DNA of 32,000 bases from assembly GCF_000354175.2 (NCBI RefSeq), contig NC_022349.1, positions 750,001 through 782,000 of the forward strand, written 5' to 3'. This document shows, piece after piece, positions 13,839 through 22,230 of this stretch. A program made the translations under genes and the position numbers. Below the pieces are notes generated by a model. It made no database searches, was not told where the DNA came from, and saw only the letters and a list, made by a program, of their open reading frames with translations. Within the stretch, counting starts at the first letter, position 1. Each line of letters starts with the position of its first letter. Source of the DNA: Vibrio alginolyticus NBRC 15630 = ATCC 17749 (GTDB taxonomy: Bacteria; Pseudomonadota; Gammaproteobacteria; Enterobacterales; Vibrionaceae).

Positions 13839-13920
13839 CTCATTTCGACAACCGTATTATGCTTTAGGAATCGGCACTTTAGTGTTACTCTAGCCACGTC
13901 ATAACAACGAGAGTTTTGAA

Positions 13921-14274
13921 ATGAGCAAACTTACATCAGATATCCAAGCGAACCTTGACCTTTTTGTTGCAGAAACGAAAGAAAACCAATTGGTTTGGGG
14001 TTTACGCAATGAAGAAGGTTGGCTATCTTGCGATTCAACTGAATTCGAAAACAGCGAAGTCATGCCTTTCTGGTCTTCTAAAGAAGATGCAGAAGCACAT
14101 AATGTTGAAGAATGGGCAGATTTTACTGTACTAGAAATCCCATTAGATATCTTTGTTGAAGATTGGCTTTTGACTCTTGCTGAAGATGGTGTTCTTGTTG
14201 GAACTAACTGGAACGATCAGTTAGAAGGCAAAGAAATGGAGCCTCAAGATCTAGCAAAGCTTTACATTGATTAA
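13921..14274 (+). CDS. DUF2750 domain protein (small acidic protein of unknown function)
   Basis: 117 aa. The pattern ...LVWGLRNEEGW...VMPFWSSKEDAEAH...FVEDWLLTLAEDGVLVGTNWNDQLEGKEMEP matches my recollection of the DUF2750 family. The gene has its own terminators on both sides. Confidence 0.65.
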   Translation: MSKLTSDIQANLDLFVAETKENQLVWGLRNEEGWLSCDSTEFENSEVMPFWSSKEDAEAHNVEEWADFTVLEIPLDIFVEDWLLTLAEDGVLVGTNWNDQLEGKEMEPQDLAKLYID

Positions 14275-14282
14275 AGATTTCT

Positions 14283-14315
14283 GACCTCAACTTTATGTTG
14301 AGGTCTTTCTTTTTA
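14283..14315 (+). terminator. Rho-independent terminator after the DUF2750 gene
   Basis: GACCTCAAC-tttat-GTTGAGGTC followed by TTTCTTTTTA. Confidence 0.8.
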
Positions 14316-14460
14316 TGCCTCTTCTTTCAATATCTCGACCAAGTGCATAGTTTCACTACTCTTTTTCTTAGTACACCCAACTTAATCACAACGCTGATGC
14401 GTTAAAAGCGCTATGATAACTCAACTTTAAAGGCACCTTAAATTAAAGGCTCGTTTAAAC

Positions 14461-16431
14461 ATGCGCGTGCTCTATCCCTTGCTTGCGTCACTTTTGCTCA
14501 CTCCAGTATATGCAAGCGACACTCAAGATATTGAACCAAACCAAAATATCACACAGTGGCACTCTGTCTACCAAACCACACTACGAAGCAACCCTGAGTC
14601 GGCATTGAGCATGCTTCAAGATCGCTACCATACAGCGAAATCGGACAGCGAAAAGCTCTACGTAAGTGGATTGATTTATGAATATATGTCAAACATAAAT
14701 CAGCCTTACTACGGCAGCAGTCAAGTCTTAGACAACCCTTTTTCTCAATTAGAATCAGAATATATTCTTGCCTTAAATGAACGTAAGCATGGTAGTTACG
14801 AGGCCTCAGTAGATAGCTTTTCTTCTTTGCGACAGACAATGAAGAAAATATCCGATTCCGAAGGCAAGGCTCTGATGAACTATCAACTTTGTTATACGCT
14901 GAATCAACAAGGTCGTTATCACAAAGCAAACTTTTATTGCTCATCCATAGAGAGCCACTTAAATCATAAGCATCAAGAAAACTTCCCTGTTGATCTTGCT
15001 TTGCGCGTGGTAGCAAATAACTACAATTACCGTGGTGACTATGAAAAAGCCTTAAGTTTGTATCGACAGTTGATGGCCAACATGTCGACGCAAAGCGATC
15101 CTTCAGGGATTTACAATGACGTCGGCAATTTACTTGCAGAGCTGGGGCAATTTGAACAATCAGAGCAATATCTCATTCAAGCCTTACTGGTTCGCCAAGA
15201 TGAAGGGACACCTCTTGAAGTTGCGCAAGTCGAACATAGTCTAGGAGCGATGTACAGAAAATCCAAAGAACTCGATAAGTCCATCAGCCACTACAAAAAT
15301 GCATTAACGATTCTCGAACAACTTCATTATCCATACGGGCAAGGGTTGACCTATTTAGGGTTATCTGCTGCTTTGGCCGATTCTGGGCAATTGGATACCG
15401 CGGTAGATTACATTGGAAGAGCATTAAACATTGCCCAAACTTATGAGAATACGCACCTTGAAACAGAGGGTCATTTGGCTGCTGGATTGGCATATTTAAA
15501 GAACCATACACCCGAAAAATCGATTGAACACGGTACAATTGCGTTAAGATTAGCGGTAAAAAACGCTAGGCCCTTATTGCAAGCGCAAGCCCAATTACTC
15601 CTCTCAAAAGCATACCAAGCTCAAAATGATTACAAAAAGGCGCTGGAGCATCACAAGGCCTACTCGACGATTGAACTAACGAACCGAGACGCGAGTAATA
15701 TCAAGGCGTTAGAGGCACTAGATCTCACTAAAAAAGAGTATGAATATGATCTACAAGTCGCGCAGTTGAACAACGAAACTCTTCAAAGTCAGTACCAGTT
15801 TGAAAAACTCACAGACCAACAACGCACTTATAATTTTGTTGTTTTCTGTTTATTGGTTCTCCTCGCTCTGGCATTGATGGTTCAGCGACAAACACGCTTA
15901 AAAGCCAAAATAGACAGCTTAACGTGTGCATTAAACAGAGCGGCAATTATAGAGACGATTAAAAGCCACACCTCCAAAGCGGAAGGAGACTTCCGCTACG
16001 TTCTAGCATTAATCGATCTAGATGACTTTAAGGCGATTAATGATCAGTATGGTCATCCGACTGGCGACTTAGTACTACAACAGGTATGCAAAGCGCTTAA
16101 AGCTAAACTTAATAAGGGAGAGTACTTGGGTCGTTTAGGTGGAGAAGAGTTTATCTTGCTATTGAAAAACGTCGATGAGATTGACGTTCCCTTTAGAATA
16201 CAAAGTCTGCATAAAACAATTTCAGAAAAGAGTGTACATTCGCTTAATAACCATCAATTGAATATATCTGCGAGTCTGGCCTATCTATCAACCTCAATGC
16301 CACTCACCAACTTTGATGAGCTCTATTCGATATTAGACCAAGCGTTATACAATGCTAAGAAGCAAGGAAAAAACTCCCTTGTGGATGCATACAACGAGCC
16401 GATCAGTTTAAGTGCTGAGTATATTCTCTAA
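14461..16431 (+). CDS. Membrane-bound diguanylate cyclase with domain order signal peptide, periplasmic TPR-repeat domain, TM helix, GGDEF (GGEEF) domain
   Basis: Signal peptide: MRVLYPLLASLLLTPVYA|SD. About 430 aa of TPR-like helical repeats follow (YNYRGDYEKALSLYRQL, LGAMYRKSKELDKSISHYKNAL, LSKAYQAQNDYKKALEHHKA). TM helix: FVVFCLLVLLALALMV (about residues 458-478). GGDEF domain: LALIDLDDFKAINDQYGHPTGD...RLGGEEFILLL (GGEEF at 16138-16152). The position equivalent to the RxxD I-site reads NKGE. Confidence 0.85.
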   Translation: MRVLYPLLASLLLTPVYASDTQDIEPNQNITQWHSVYQTTLRSNPESALSMLQDRYHTAKSDSEKLYVSGLIYEYMSNINQPYYGSSQVLDNPFSQLESEYILALNERKHGSYEASVDSFSSLRQTMKKISDSEGKALMNYQLCYTLNQQGRYHKANFYCSSIESHLNHKHQENFPVDLALRVVANNYNYRGDYEKALSLYRQLMANMSTQSDPSGIYNDVGNLLAELGQFEQSEQYLIQALLVRQDEGTPLEVAQVEHSLGAMYRKSKELDKSISHYKNALTILEQLHYPYGQGLTYLGLSAALADSGQLDTAVDYIGRALNIAQTYENTHLETEGHLAAGLAYLKNHTPEKSIEHGTIALRLAVKNARPLLQAQAQLLLSKAYQAQNDYKKALEHHKAYSTIELTNRDASNIKALEALDLTKKEYEYDLQVAQLNNETLQSQYQFEKLTDQQRTYNFVVFCLLVLLALALMVQRQTRLKAKIDSLTCALNRAAIIETIKSHTSKAEGDFRYVLALIDLDDFKAINDQYGHPTGDLVLQQVCKALKAKLNKGEYLGRLGGEEFILLLKNVDEIDVPFRIQSLHKTISEKSVHSLNNHQLNISASLAYLSTSMPLTNFDELYSILDQALYNAKKQGKNSLVDAYNEPISLSAEYIL

Positions 16432-16437
16432 TAAAAC

Positions 16438-16460
16438 CAAACCACCAGCGTAGTGGTTTG
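16438..16460 (+). terminator. Possible terminator hairpin after the diguanylate cyclase gene
   Basis: CAAACCAC-cagcgta-GTGGTTTG followed by TTATAGG (weak T-tract). Confidence 0.4.
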
Positions 16461-16518
16461 TTATAGGTGGAAGCATCAGTAAGCCATTCAGATGCAACAC
16501 CATCATCAAGGAGTCTTT

Positions 16519-17217
16519 GTGCCCAAGGCAAGAAAAAACATTCAGTCTCTAGAGCGAGGTTTTCTAATCCTCGAGTTGCTCTCGATGAGTGAGTCTCCCC
16601 TATCATTACAGACGATCAGTAATGCGATCCAGTTAAATAAGACGACTGTTCACGGGTTACTTGCGACTCTACACTCTCTTGGATATGTATCCAAACACAA
16701 CCATAGCTACAGCCTAGGGTTTAGATGCTATGAACTGTCTAAGCCGATTGAACAAAAAAACGAAGCTATCCGACAGCATTTTGTTCCATTGCTGAAAAAA
16801 ATGGCCCAAATGACTAACAACACTGCTTACCTCGCTGTACAAAGTGGCGCTAAAGAGTACTTGTATATCGATGCTATAGAGCAGGATAACCCTCTTACTA
16901 TCCGTAGCCCGAGAGGGAAACGAGAAGGACTCACAACATCTGCGATCGGCAAGGTTTTTCTTAGTTTTGATGATGAGCTTCGCCGAACATTGCGCCTTGA
17001 AAGCCAAATATCCCCCACGTTAGAAACTGAACTTAATCAGGTTGTATTATCAGGTTACGCACTCGATTTAGAAGAGGCAGAGCCAAACCTCAATTGCTTA
17101 GCGATCCCCCTTTATTTGGATGGTAAAGTCGTTGCTGTTGCAGGTGTTAGCGGTGCTGCCTCCGAACTGACGGTCACTAGGCTAAAACACTTTGCCAGCA
17201 TCTTTCTCAAATTTTAA
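16519..17217 (+). CDS. IclR-family transcriptional regulator
   Basis: The N-terminal wHTH (SLERGFLILELLSMSESPLSLQTISNAIQLNKTTVHGLLATLHSLGYV) plus a C-terminal effector domain are typical of IclR. The GTG at 16519 has AAGGAG 5 nt upstream. The longest ORF starts at the ATG at 16492, which has no SD. Confidence 0.8.
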   Translation: MPKARKNIQSLERGFLILELLSMSESPLSLQTISNAIQLNKTTVHGLLATLHSLGYVSKHNHSYSLGFRCYELSKPIEQKNEAIRQHFVPLLKKMAQMTNNTAYLAVQSGAKEYLYIDAIEQDNPLTIRSPRGKREGLTTSAIGKVFLSFDDELRRTLRLESQISPTLETELNQVVLSGYALDLEEAEPNLNCLAIPLYLDGKVVAVAGVSGAASELTVTRLKHFASIFLKF

Positions 17218-17323
17218 GATTTGACAATGTCGAATCCTAGGCCATTTTTATACTGTTTTGATTACATGCTTATACGTCGCCTCTAATATGGTCGTTGTTC
17301 AACTCAACAACGTAGGAGAAGCG

Positions 17324-18016
17324 ATGTCTACTGTATTAATCACCGGCGCTAACCGTGGCTTAGGCTTGCAATTTGTCCGCCACTACCTTGGAAAAGGTTG
17401 GCAAGTTATCGCAACTTGTCGTTCACCAGAAAATGCTAAGCAGCTCAATGAACTAGTAACCCAATCCAATCAACTTCAACTGATGGCTCTAGACGTCACT
17501 AACCAACAAGATATCGATCAGTTAGCCACTCAATTAGCGGATCGTCCGCTCGATCATTTAGTTCTTAATGCAGGTGTATTAGGCGAAGAGTGTGCAAAGC
17601 TTGGCGAAATGACCCAGAAAAAATGGCTAGAAGTACTAAACATAAATACCGTCGCACCTGCCCTGCTAATTCAAGCCCTACAAGACAACGTTGCGAAAAG
17701 TCAGCACAAAACCATCGTGGGAATCTCAACCCGAGTTGCGAGTTTAAGCGATAACAGTTCAGGTAACATGTACAGTTATCGAGCATCTAAAGCAGCGCTT
17801 AATCAGGTTCTAGTATCAGCAGCACGCAATCTCGAATCGCGAGGAGTAAAAACCGTCGCAGTTCATCCCGGCTGGGTAAAAACCGATATGGGCGGTGAGG
17901 ACGCAACCTTTTCTGCCGAGGAAAGTGTTGCAGGCATTGTTTCGGTCGCAGAACAGCTAACACTTAAGCTATCCGGAAGCTTCCGCGTATTTGATGGCTC
18001 TACAATCGAATGGTAA
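17324..18016 (+). CDS. Short-chain dehydrogenase/reductase (SDR) family oxidoreductase
   Basis: MSTVLITGANRGLG contains the TGxxxGxG cofactor motif. YSYRASK is the YxxxK catalytic motif. AGGAGA (17314-17319) lies 4 nt upstream of the ATG at 17324. The track ORF from 17258 adds 22 unlikely residues. Confidence 0.85.
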   Translation: MSTVLITGANRGLGLQFVRHYLGKGWQVIATCRSPENAKQLNELVTQSNQLQLMALDVTNQQDIDQLATQLADRPLDHLVLNAGVLGEECAKLGEMTQKKWLEVLNINTVAPALLIQALQDNVAKSQHKTIVGISTRVASLSDNSSGNMYSYRASKAALNQVLVSAARNLESRGVKTVAVHPGWVKTDMGGEDATFSAEESVAGIVSVAEQLTLKLSGSFRVFDGSTIEW

Positions 18017-18034
18017 CTGTTCTCTAAATGACGT

Positions 18035-18060
18035 CTCCCGGCCAAATTGAAGGCCGGGAG
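18035..18060. terminator. Hairpin between the convergent SDR and AKR genes (possible terminator)
   Basis: CTCCCGGCC-aaattgaa-GGCCGGGAG, a 9-bp GC-rich stem with no clear T-tract on either side. Confidence 0.35.
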
Positions 18061-18214
18061 AATACAGTAAACTAATAGGCCAAAAAGATAAAAGCTCGCA
18101 CTATCGTCAGACAAGCGAGCCGTTATCGTCTATGGTGTTGTACTACCGTCAAACGCTGAGGAAGTCAGCGATTGCAGAGGTGTCATTTAGACAATGATTT
18201 CCCGTGAAACTCAC

Positions 18215-19015
18215 TCAATCATCCCACTCAGGCGCTAGCCCTTCAGGGTTTACTTCGCGGCCATTTCTTTCCAACGCATCTATCTTTGCAATCGTCTCTT
18301 CACTCAGATTAAGTTCAAGTGCTTTCAGGTTACTTGCCAAATTCTCTCGTTTAGTTGAAGACGGGATCACCGCGTAACCTTTTGACAAAGCCCAAGCAAG
18401 CGCGACTTGAGCGGGCGTGGCCTGATAGTCCTCAGCAATACCTGCAATAGTTGGGTCCCCAAGTACTTTCCCATATGCCAAGGTCATGTAAGACGTTACC
18501 TGAATATCGTTTTCCTGCATGAAGCTGACCAACTTACGATTTTGCAAATAAGGGCTAAGCTCGATTTGGTTAGTAACAATATTCTCTTTACCGACCACTT
18601 CTATCGCTTGTTGCAACAAGTCAATATTAAAGTTGGATACGCCAATATTACGGGTTAACCCTTGCGATTTAGCTTCAAGTAATGAAGCCATGTATTCGTT
18701 CAAGTTATTGTTATTGCCAGGCCAGTGGATCAAGGTCAAATCCACATAATCTGTATTTAGCTTTTCTAAGCTCTCTTTTAGACTTGGAATGAGTTGTTCC
18801 GTGTTCATGTTATCAACCCAGATCTTGGTCGTAATGAATAGCTCATCACGTGCAATACCGGACTGTGTCAATACTTCACCGATTTCTGCCTCATTACCGT
18901 AAATCTGTGCAGTATCAATTACGCGGTAACCCACTTCTAACGCATTACGGACTGAATCCTTAACTACTTCACCCTCTAAACGAAACGTGCCGACGCCAAA
19001 TGATGGTACTTTCAT
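18215..19015 (-). CDS. dkgB: Aldo/keto reductase, 2,5-didehydrogluconate reductase B-like
   Basis: 266 aa, colinear with my recollection of E. coli DkgB. Shared blocks: [119 protein letters not shown]. Confidence 0.8.
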   Translation of the reverse strand: MKVPSFGVGTFRLEGEVVKDSVRNALEVGYRVIDTAQIYGNEAEIGEVLTQSGIARDELFITTKIWVDNMNTEQLIPSLKESLEKLNTDYVDLTLIHWPGNNNNLNEYMASLLEAKSQGLTRNIGVSNFNIDLLQQAIEVVGKENIVTNQIELSPYLQNRKLVSFMQENDIQVTSYMTLAYGKVLGDPTIAGIAEDYQATPAQVALAWALSKGYAVIPSSTKRENLASNLKALELNLSEETIAKIDALERNGREVNPEGLAPEWDD

Positions 19016-19127
19016 CTAAATCTCCTGACTTATCGATTTTATAGTTGATTCGAAGCAAAACTTTACCCCGCAAGAAACTTTCCGTAAAGTTAACAATACT
19101 CAAATCTAATTTGAAATATATTCAACA

Positions 19128-20033
19128 ATGAAAGCTACTCTAGATGAAATGCGCACCTTTATGGCCGTGGTCGATACGGGTTCAATCAGCTCTGCGGCTG
19201 AACTGTTATCGATGACCGTCTCTGCGGTGAGTCGATCGGTATCTCGGCTAGAAGCCAAACTCGAAACGACCTTGTTAAATCGCACAACCCGTAAGTTAGA
19301 TGTTACTAATGAAGGAACGATATACCTCGATAAAGTCAGACATATTGTAGAAGCAGTAGAGAATGCCGAAGCACAACTGAAAAGCCAGAAATATAAGCCT
19401 TCTGGCCTCCTACGAATAAACGCAGCTACCCCCTTCTTACTGCACGTACTAACGCCGCACATTGCTAAATATCAGAGCTTGTATCCAGAAGTCGAAATCG
19501 ATCTCAATTCCAATGAGGAAAATATTAGCCTTTTGGGAACAAAAACCGATATTGCTTTTCGTATCGGTGAGCTACAAAACTCAACCATGCGCGCGATATT
19601 TCTTGGTAAAAGTCGGATTCGAATCGTCGCGAGTCCAGAGTATTTAAGACAACATGGTACTCCAACCTCAATAGATCAGTTACTCAATCACAAGCTACTT
19701 GGATTCAACAAGCCGGAGTATCTTAAGGAATGGCCGATCATGGATGATAAGAACAAACTTCTGCGTATTATGAGTAGCCTAAGATCTGATAATGGCGAGA
19801 CGCTAAGATGTTTAGCCTTACATGGTGCGGGGATAGCTTGCCTGTCTGACTTTATGACCTACTCTGACCGACAAGCTGGTCGCTTAGTGGGCGTGCTTAG
19901 TGAACACACGCATAATGTCGAACAGCCCGTTCATGCGGTGTATTACAAAAATGCCAGTACCTCACGCCGGATCAGCTCTTTTATTGACTTCATCAAGCAA
20001 GAAATCAAGGTAGAGAACCAGCAGTTCCTTTAA
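19128..20033 (+). CDS. LysR-family transcriptional regulator (divergent from the AKR gene)
   Basis: N-terminal HTH: MRTFMAVVDTGSISSAAELLSMTVSAVSRSVSRLEAKLETTLLNRTTRKL. A LysR substrate-binding domain follows. 301 aa. Confidence 0.85.
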   Translation: MKATLDEMRTFMAVVDTGSISSAAELLSMTVSAVSRSVSRLEAKLETTLLNRTTRKLDVTNEGTIYLDKVRHIVEAVENAEAQLKSQKYKPSGLLRINAATPFLLHVLTPHIAKYQSLYPEVEIDLNSNEENISLLGTKTDIAFRIGELQNSTMRAIFLGKSRIRIVASPEYLRQHGTPTSIDQLLNHKLLGFNKPEYLKEWPIMDDKNKLLRIMSSLRSDNGETLRCLALHGAGIACLSDFMTYSDRQAGRLVGVLSEHTHNVEQPVHAVYYKNASTSRRISSFIDFIKQEIKVENQQFL

Positions 20034-20165
20034 AGACCACCGCTGTTTGTGGCAAAACACTTTTGTCTTTTTGCCGCTTTTTCTCACAACAAAAATCTCA
20101 TAGTGTCCTGAATATCAGGGAGGCACCTTGCCTCCTAGTACTCAAAGTAATAGTCAGGCTTCATA

Positions 20166-21071
20166 ATGCATAAAGATTTAAGTAACAGATTCACCATCGG
20201 GGTTGAGCTCCCCCTAGATAATGACTGGACCCAAGAAGGCCAGAAAAAACGCCTGCTCCAACGAGAACCGTTCGGCGTACCAGACATGAGTGCACATAAA
20301 CAGCGTATTATGTTAGCCGATAAGTTAGGCTTTAACGTAGCGTGGGTGAGAGATGTCCCGTTGTACGACCCTAACTTTGGAGACGCGGCACAAATTTATG
20401 AACCGTTCAGTTATCTTGGCTATCTCTCTGCGTGCACCGACAACATTCTACTAGGGACAGCAGCGATAGTATTACCGTTAAGACAACCTTGGCTAGTGAA
20501 AAAAGCCGCTGCGACCATCAACGAGTTAAGTGGTGACCGCCTGATACTCGGTGTGGCTAGTGGAGACCGCCCTAGTGAATATCCCGTTTTTAATGCCAAC
20601 TTTGACAGCCGTGGCTCAGCTTTTCGAGAAAGTGTAGAGATTTTGAAAGATACGCAAAATGATAAGCTGGGTAACGATCTACAGTTATTACCCGAGTTTG
20701 CTGATATTCCTATCTATGTCGCAGGGTTAGCGCAGCAAAGTCCACAATGGATAGGAGAAAACCTAGACGGCTGGCTCGCCTACCCAGGCACACCTGATGA
20801 TCATGAACACCGCGTTGCACTTTGGCGCTCCGTAGCGGGAAACAAACCCTACGCCAGCTTTATTCATCTTGATTTAGTCGATAACCCAAATGCACCAGTC
20901 GTTCGGCATCATTTTGGTATCCAGGCCGGAGTCAATGGCTTGAGCGATGAGCTAGAAAAAATGCAAGAAGCAGGAGTCAATCACATCGGGTTGCATTTCC
21001 GTCGTAATAGCCAACCAATTGATAAATCAATGGAACAGATCGCTCAGTACGTGTTGCCACGCTTTAACTAA
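20166..21071 (+). CDS. Luciferase-like monooxygenase (LLM) class flavin-dependent oxidoreductase
   Basis: 301 aa. The TIM-barrel LLM pattern is recognised from the family (FTIGVELPLDNDW..., VWVRDVP..., LGTAAIVLPLRQPWLVKKAAATINELSGDRLILGVASGDRPSEY). The subfamily assignment is uncertain. Confidence 0.65.
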   Translation: MHKDLSNRFTIGVELPLDNDWTQEGQKKRLLQREPFGVPDMSAHKQRIMLADKLGFNVAWVRDVPLYDPNFGDAAQIYEPFSYLGYLSACTDNILLGTAAIVLPLRQPWLVKKAAATINELSGDRLILGVASGDRPSEYPVFNANFDSRGSAFRESVEILKDTQNDKLGNDLQLLPEFADIPIYVAGLAQQSPQWIGENLDGWLAYPGTPDDHEHRVALWRSVAGNKPYASFIHLDLVDNPNAPVVRHHFGIQAGVNGLSDELEKMQEAGVNHIGLHFRRNSQPIDKSMEQIAQYVLPRFN

Positions 21072-21087
21072 GATCAAATAAAAATAT

Positions 21088-21112
21088 GTGCCACCTTACT
21101 AAGGGGTGGCAC
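21088..21112 (-). terminator. Terminator hairpin, best oriented for the minus-strand LysR gene and possibly bidirectional
   Basis: GTGCCACC-ttactaagg-GGTGGCAC. On the minus strand the stem is followed by ATATTTTTATTT. Confidence 0.55.
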
Positions 21113-21186
21113 GCTAGGCTTGGCAGTTGGAAAAACAAAAGCCGCAATAACGGCAAAACTCTTTTGTTAAAACAACAATAATAGTG

Positions 21187-22071
21187 TTATTTTAAAGTAA
21201 GTCTTGGTTGAATAAAGTCGATGAACGCGGAAATACGTTTAGAGACTGAAGAAGATTTGTAGAACACAGCATTGACCTGTTCTCGTCCAGTATTTGTGAT
21301 TTTTTCCGATTCAAACAATGCCACTAACCGTCCAGAATCAAGATCACCTTTCACCATAAAGCCAGATAAACATGCAATGCCGTTCCCTGCCAACACTAAC
21401 TGTCTAACCGTTTCACCACTGCTGGATAGGATATCAGGCTCTATCATCTCAAACCCTCGTAATGGCCACTGATTTAACACTTTAGCGCCAGAAAAACCGA
21501 TCAAGTTATGACTGCGCAAATCGCTCACCGCTTCAGGGAAACCTCGTTTAGATAAATAACCAGGCGTGGCAACGATAAATAGTGGGCTTGTTCCTAAAGG
21601 TTTAGCATGCAGTGTTGAATCCGATAATCGTCCAATACGTATCGCCACATCGGTTCTTTTTTCCAATAGATCCACAAAACCCTCATTAGAGGTAAGATCG
21701 AGTTGAATATCAGGATAAGCCTCTTTAAATGGCTGAATTAACGGCACGAGTTGATGTAAAACAAATGGGCTAGCGGCATCAACTCTTAAGCGCCCCTTGG
21801 GTAATTCACCTCGTGTGATGATCTCTTCTTCAGCTTGCTGTATTTGTAGTAAACCTAAGCGAACCGCTTCAACAAACTGATGCCCTTCCTCAGTAACTTC
21901 CACTCTGCGCGTCGTGCGATTCAGCAAGGTTACCCCCAGCTGTGATTCAACTTTACTAACCGCACGAGATACCCTAGCGACTTGAATACCTAGTGCATCA
22001 GCAGCGGAAGAAAATCCACCACTATCCACAACTGCCATAAGAATCTCTAATTCATCTGATCGGGTTAACAT
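21187..22071 (-). CDS. LysR-family transcriptional regulator
   Basis: LEILMAVVDSGGFSSAADALGIQVARVSRAVSKVESQLGVTLLNRTTRRV forms the HTH. 294 aa. It is a paralogue-like relative of the 19128 regulator and is divergent from the MFS gene. Confidence 0.85.
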   Translation of the reverse strand: MLTRSDELEILMAVVDSGGFSSAADALGIQVARVSRAVSKVESQLGVTLLNRTTRRVEVTEEGHQFVEAVRLGLLQIQQAEEEIITRGELPKGRLRVDAASPFVLHQLVPLIQPFKEAYPDIQLDLTSNEGFVDLLEKRTDVAIRIGRLSDSTLHAKPLGTSPLFIVATPGYLSKRGFPEAVSDLRSHNLIGFSGAKVLNQWPLRGFEMIEPDILSSSGETVRQLVLAGNGIACLSGFMVKGDLDSGRLVALFESEKITNTGREQVNAVFYKSSSVSKRISAFIDFIQPRLTLK

Positions 22072-22105
22072 TTCATCCCCTTTCCTAACTGCGCATTTCC
22101 TTCAC

Positions 22106-22130
22106 TTATAACAAAAGTATTTTGTAATAA
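22106..22130. promoter_or_regulatory. Candidate LysR-type operator dyad in the LysR/MFS divergent promoter
   Basis: TTATAACAAAA-gta-TTTTGTAATAA, an imperfect inverted repeat (10 of 11 positions) in the 159-bp intergenic region. Confidence 0.4.
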
Positions 22131-22230
22131 ACACCATTTTTCGCAACGAATAACTCTTTAATAATACACGACATGGAAACGGGCTATTCGTTTATCCATT
22201 CATATTCAATGATTATAAGAGAGAGTTGTT

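Noticed and set aside
13688-13897. 69-aa minus-strand ORF spanning the OmpA 3' end and the intergenic region.
   Set aside because: It runs through two terminator hairpins, overlaps the OmpA gene and has no RBS.
14549-15016. 155-aa minus-strand ORF.
   Set aside because: It is entirely antisense to the well-supported TPR-GGDEF gene, has no recognisable motifs and has odd composition.
19032-19049. ATC-N12-GAT in the AKR/LysR divergent region, considered as a LysR T-N11-A box.
   Set aside because: The spacing does not fit the canonical motif and the arms are only 3-4 bp, which is indistinguishable from chance.
20107-20135. Two overlapping small hairpins (CCTGA-ata-TCAGG and GGAGGCA-cct-TGCCTCC) upstream of the LLM gene, considered as an attenuator.
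   Set aside because: The stems are short (5-7 bp), there is no leader peptide and no T-tract, so the evidence is insufficient for any regulatory call.
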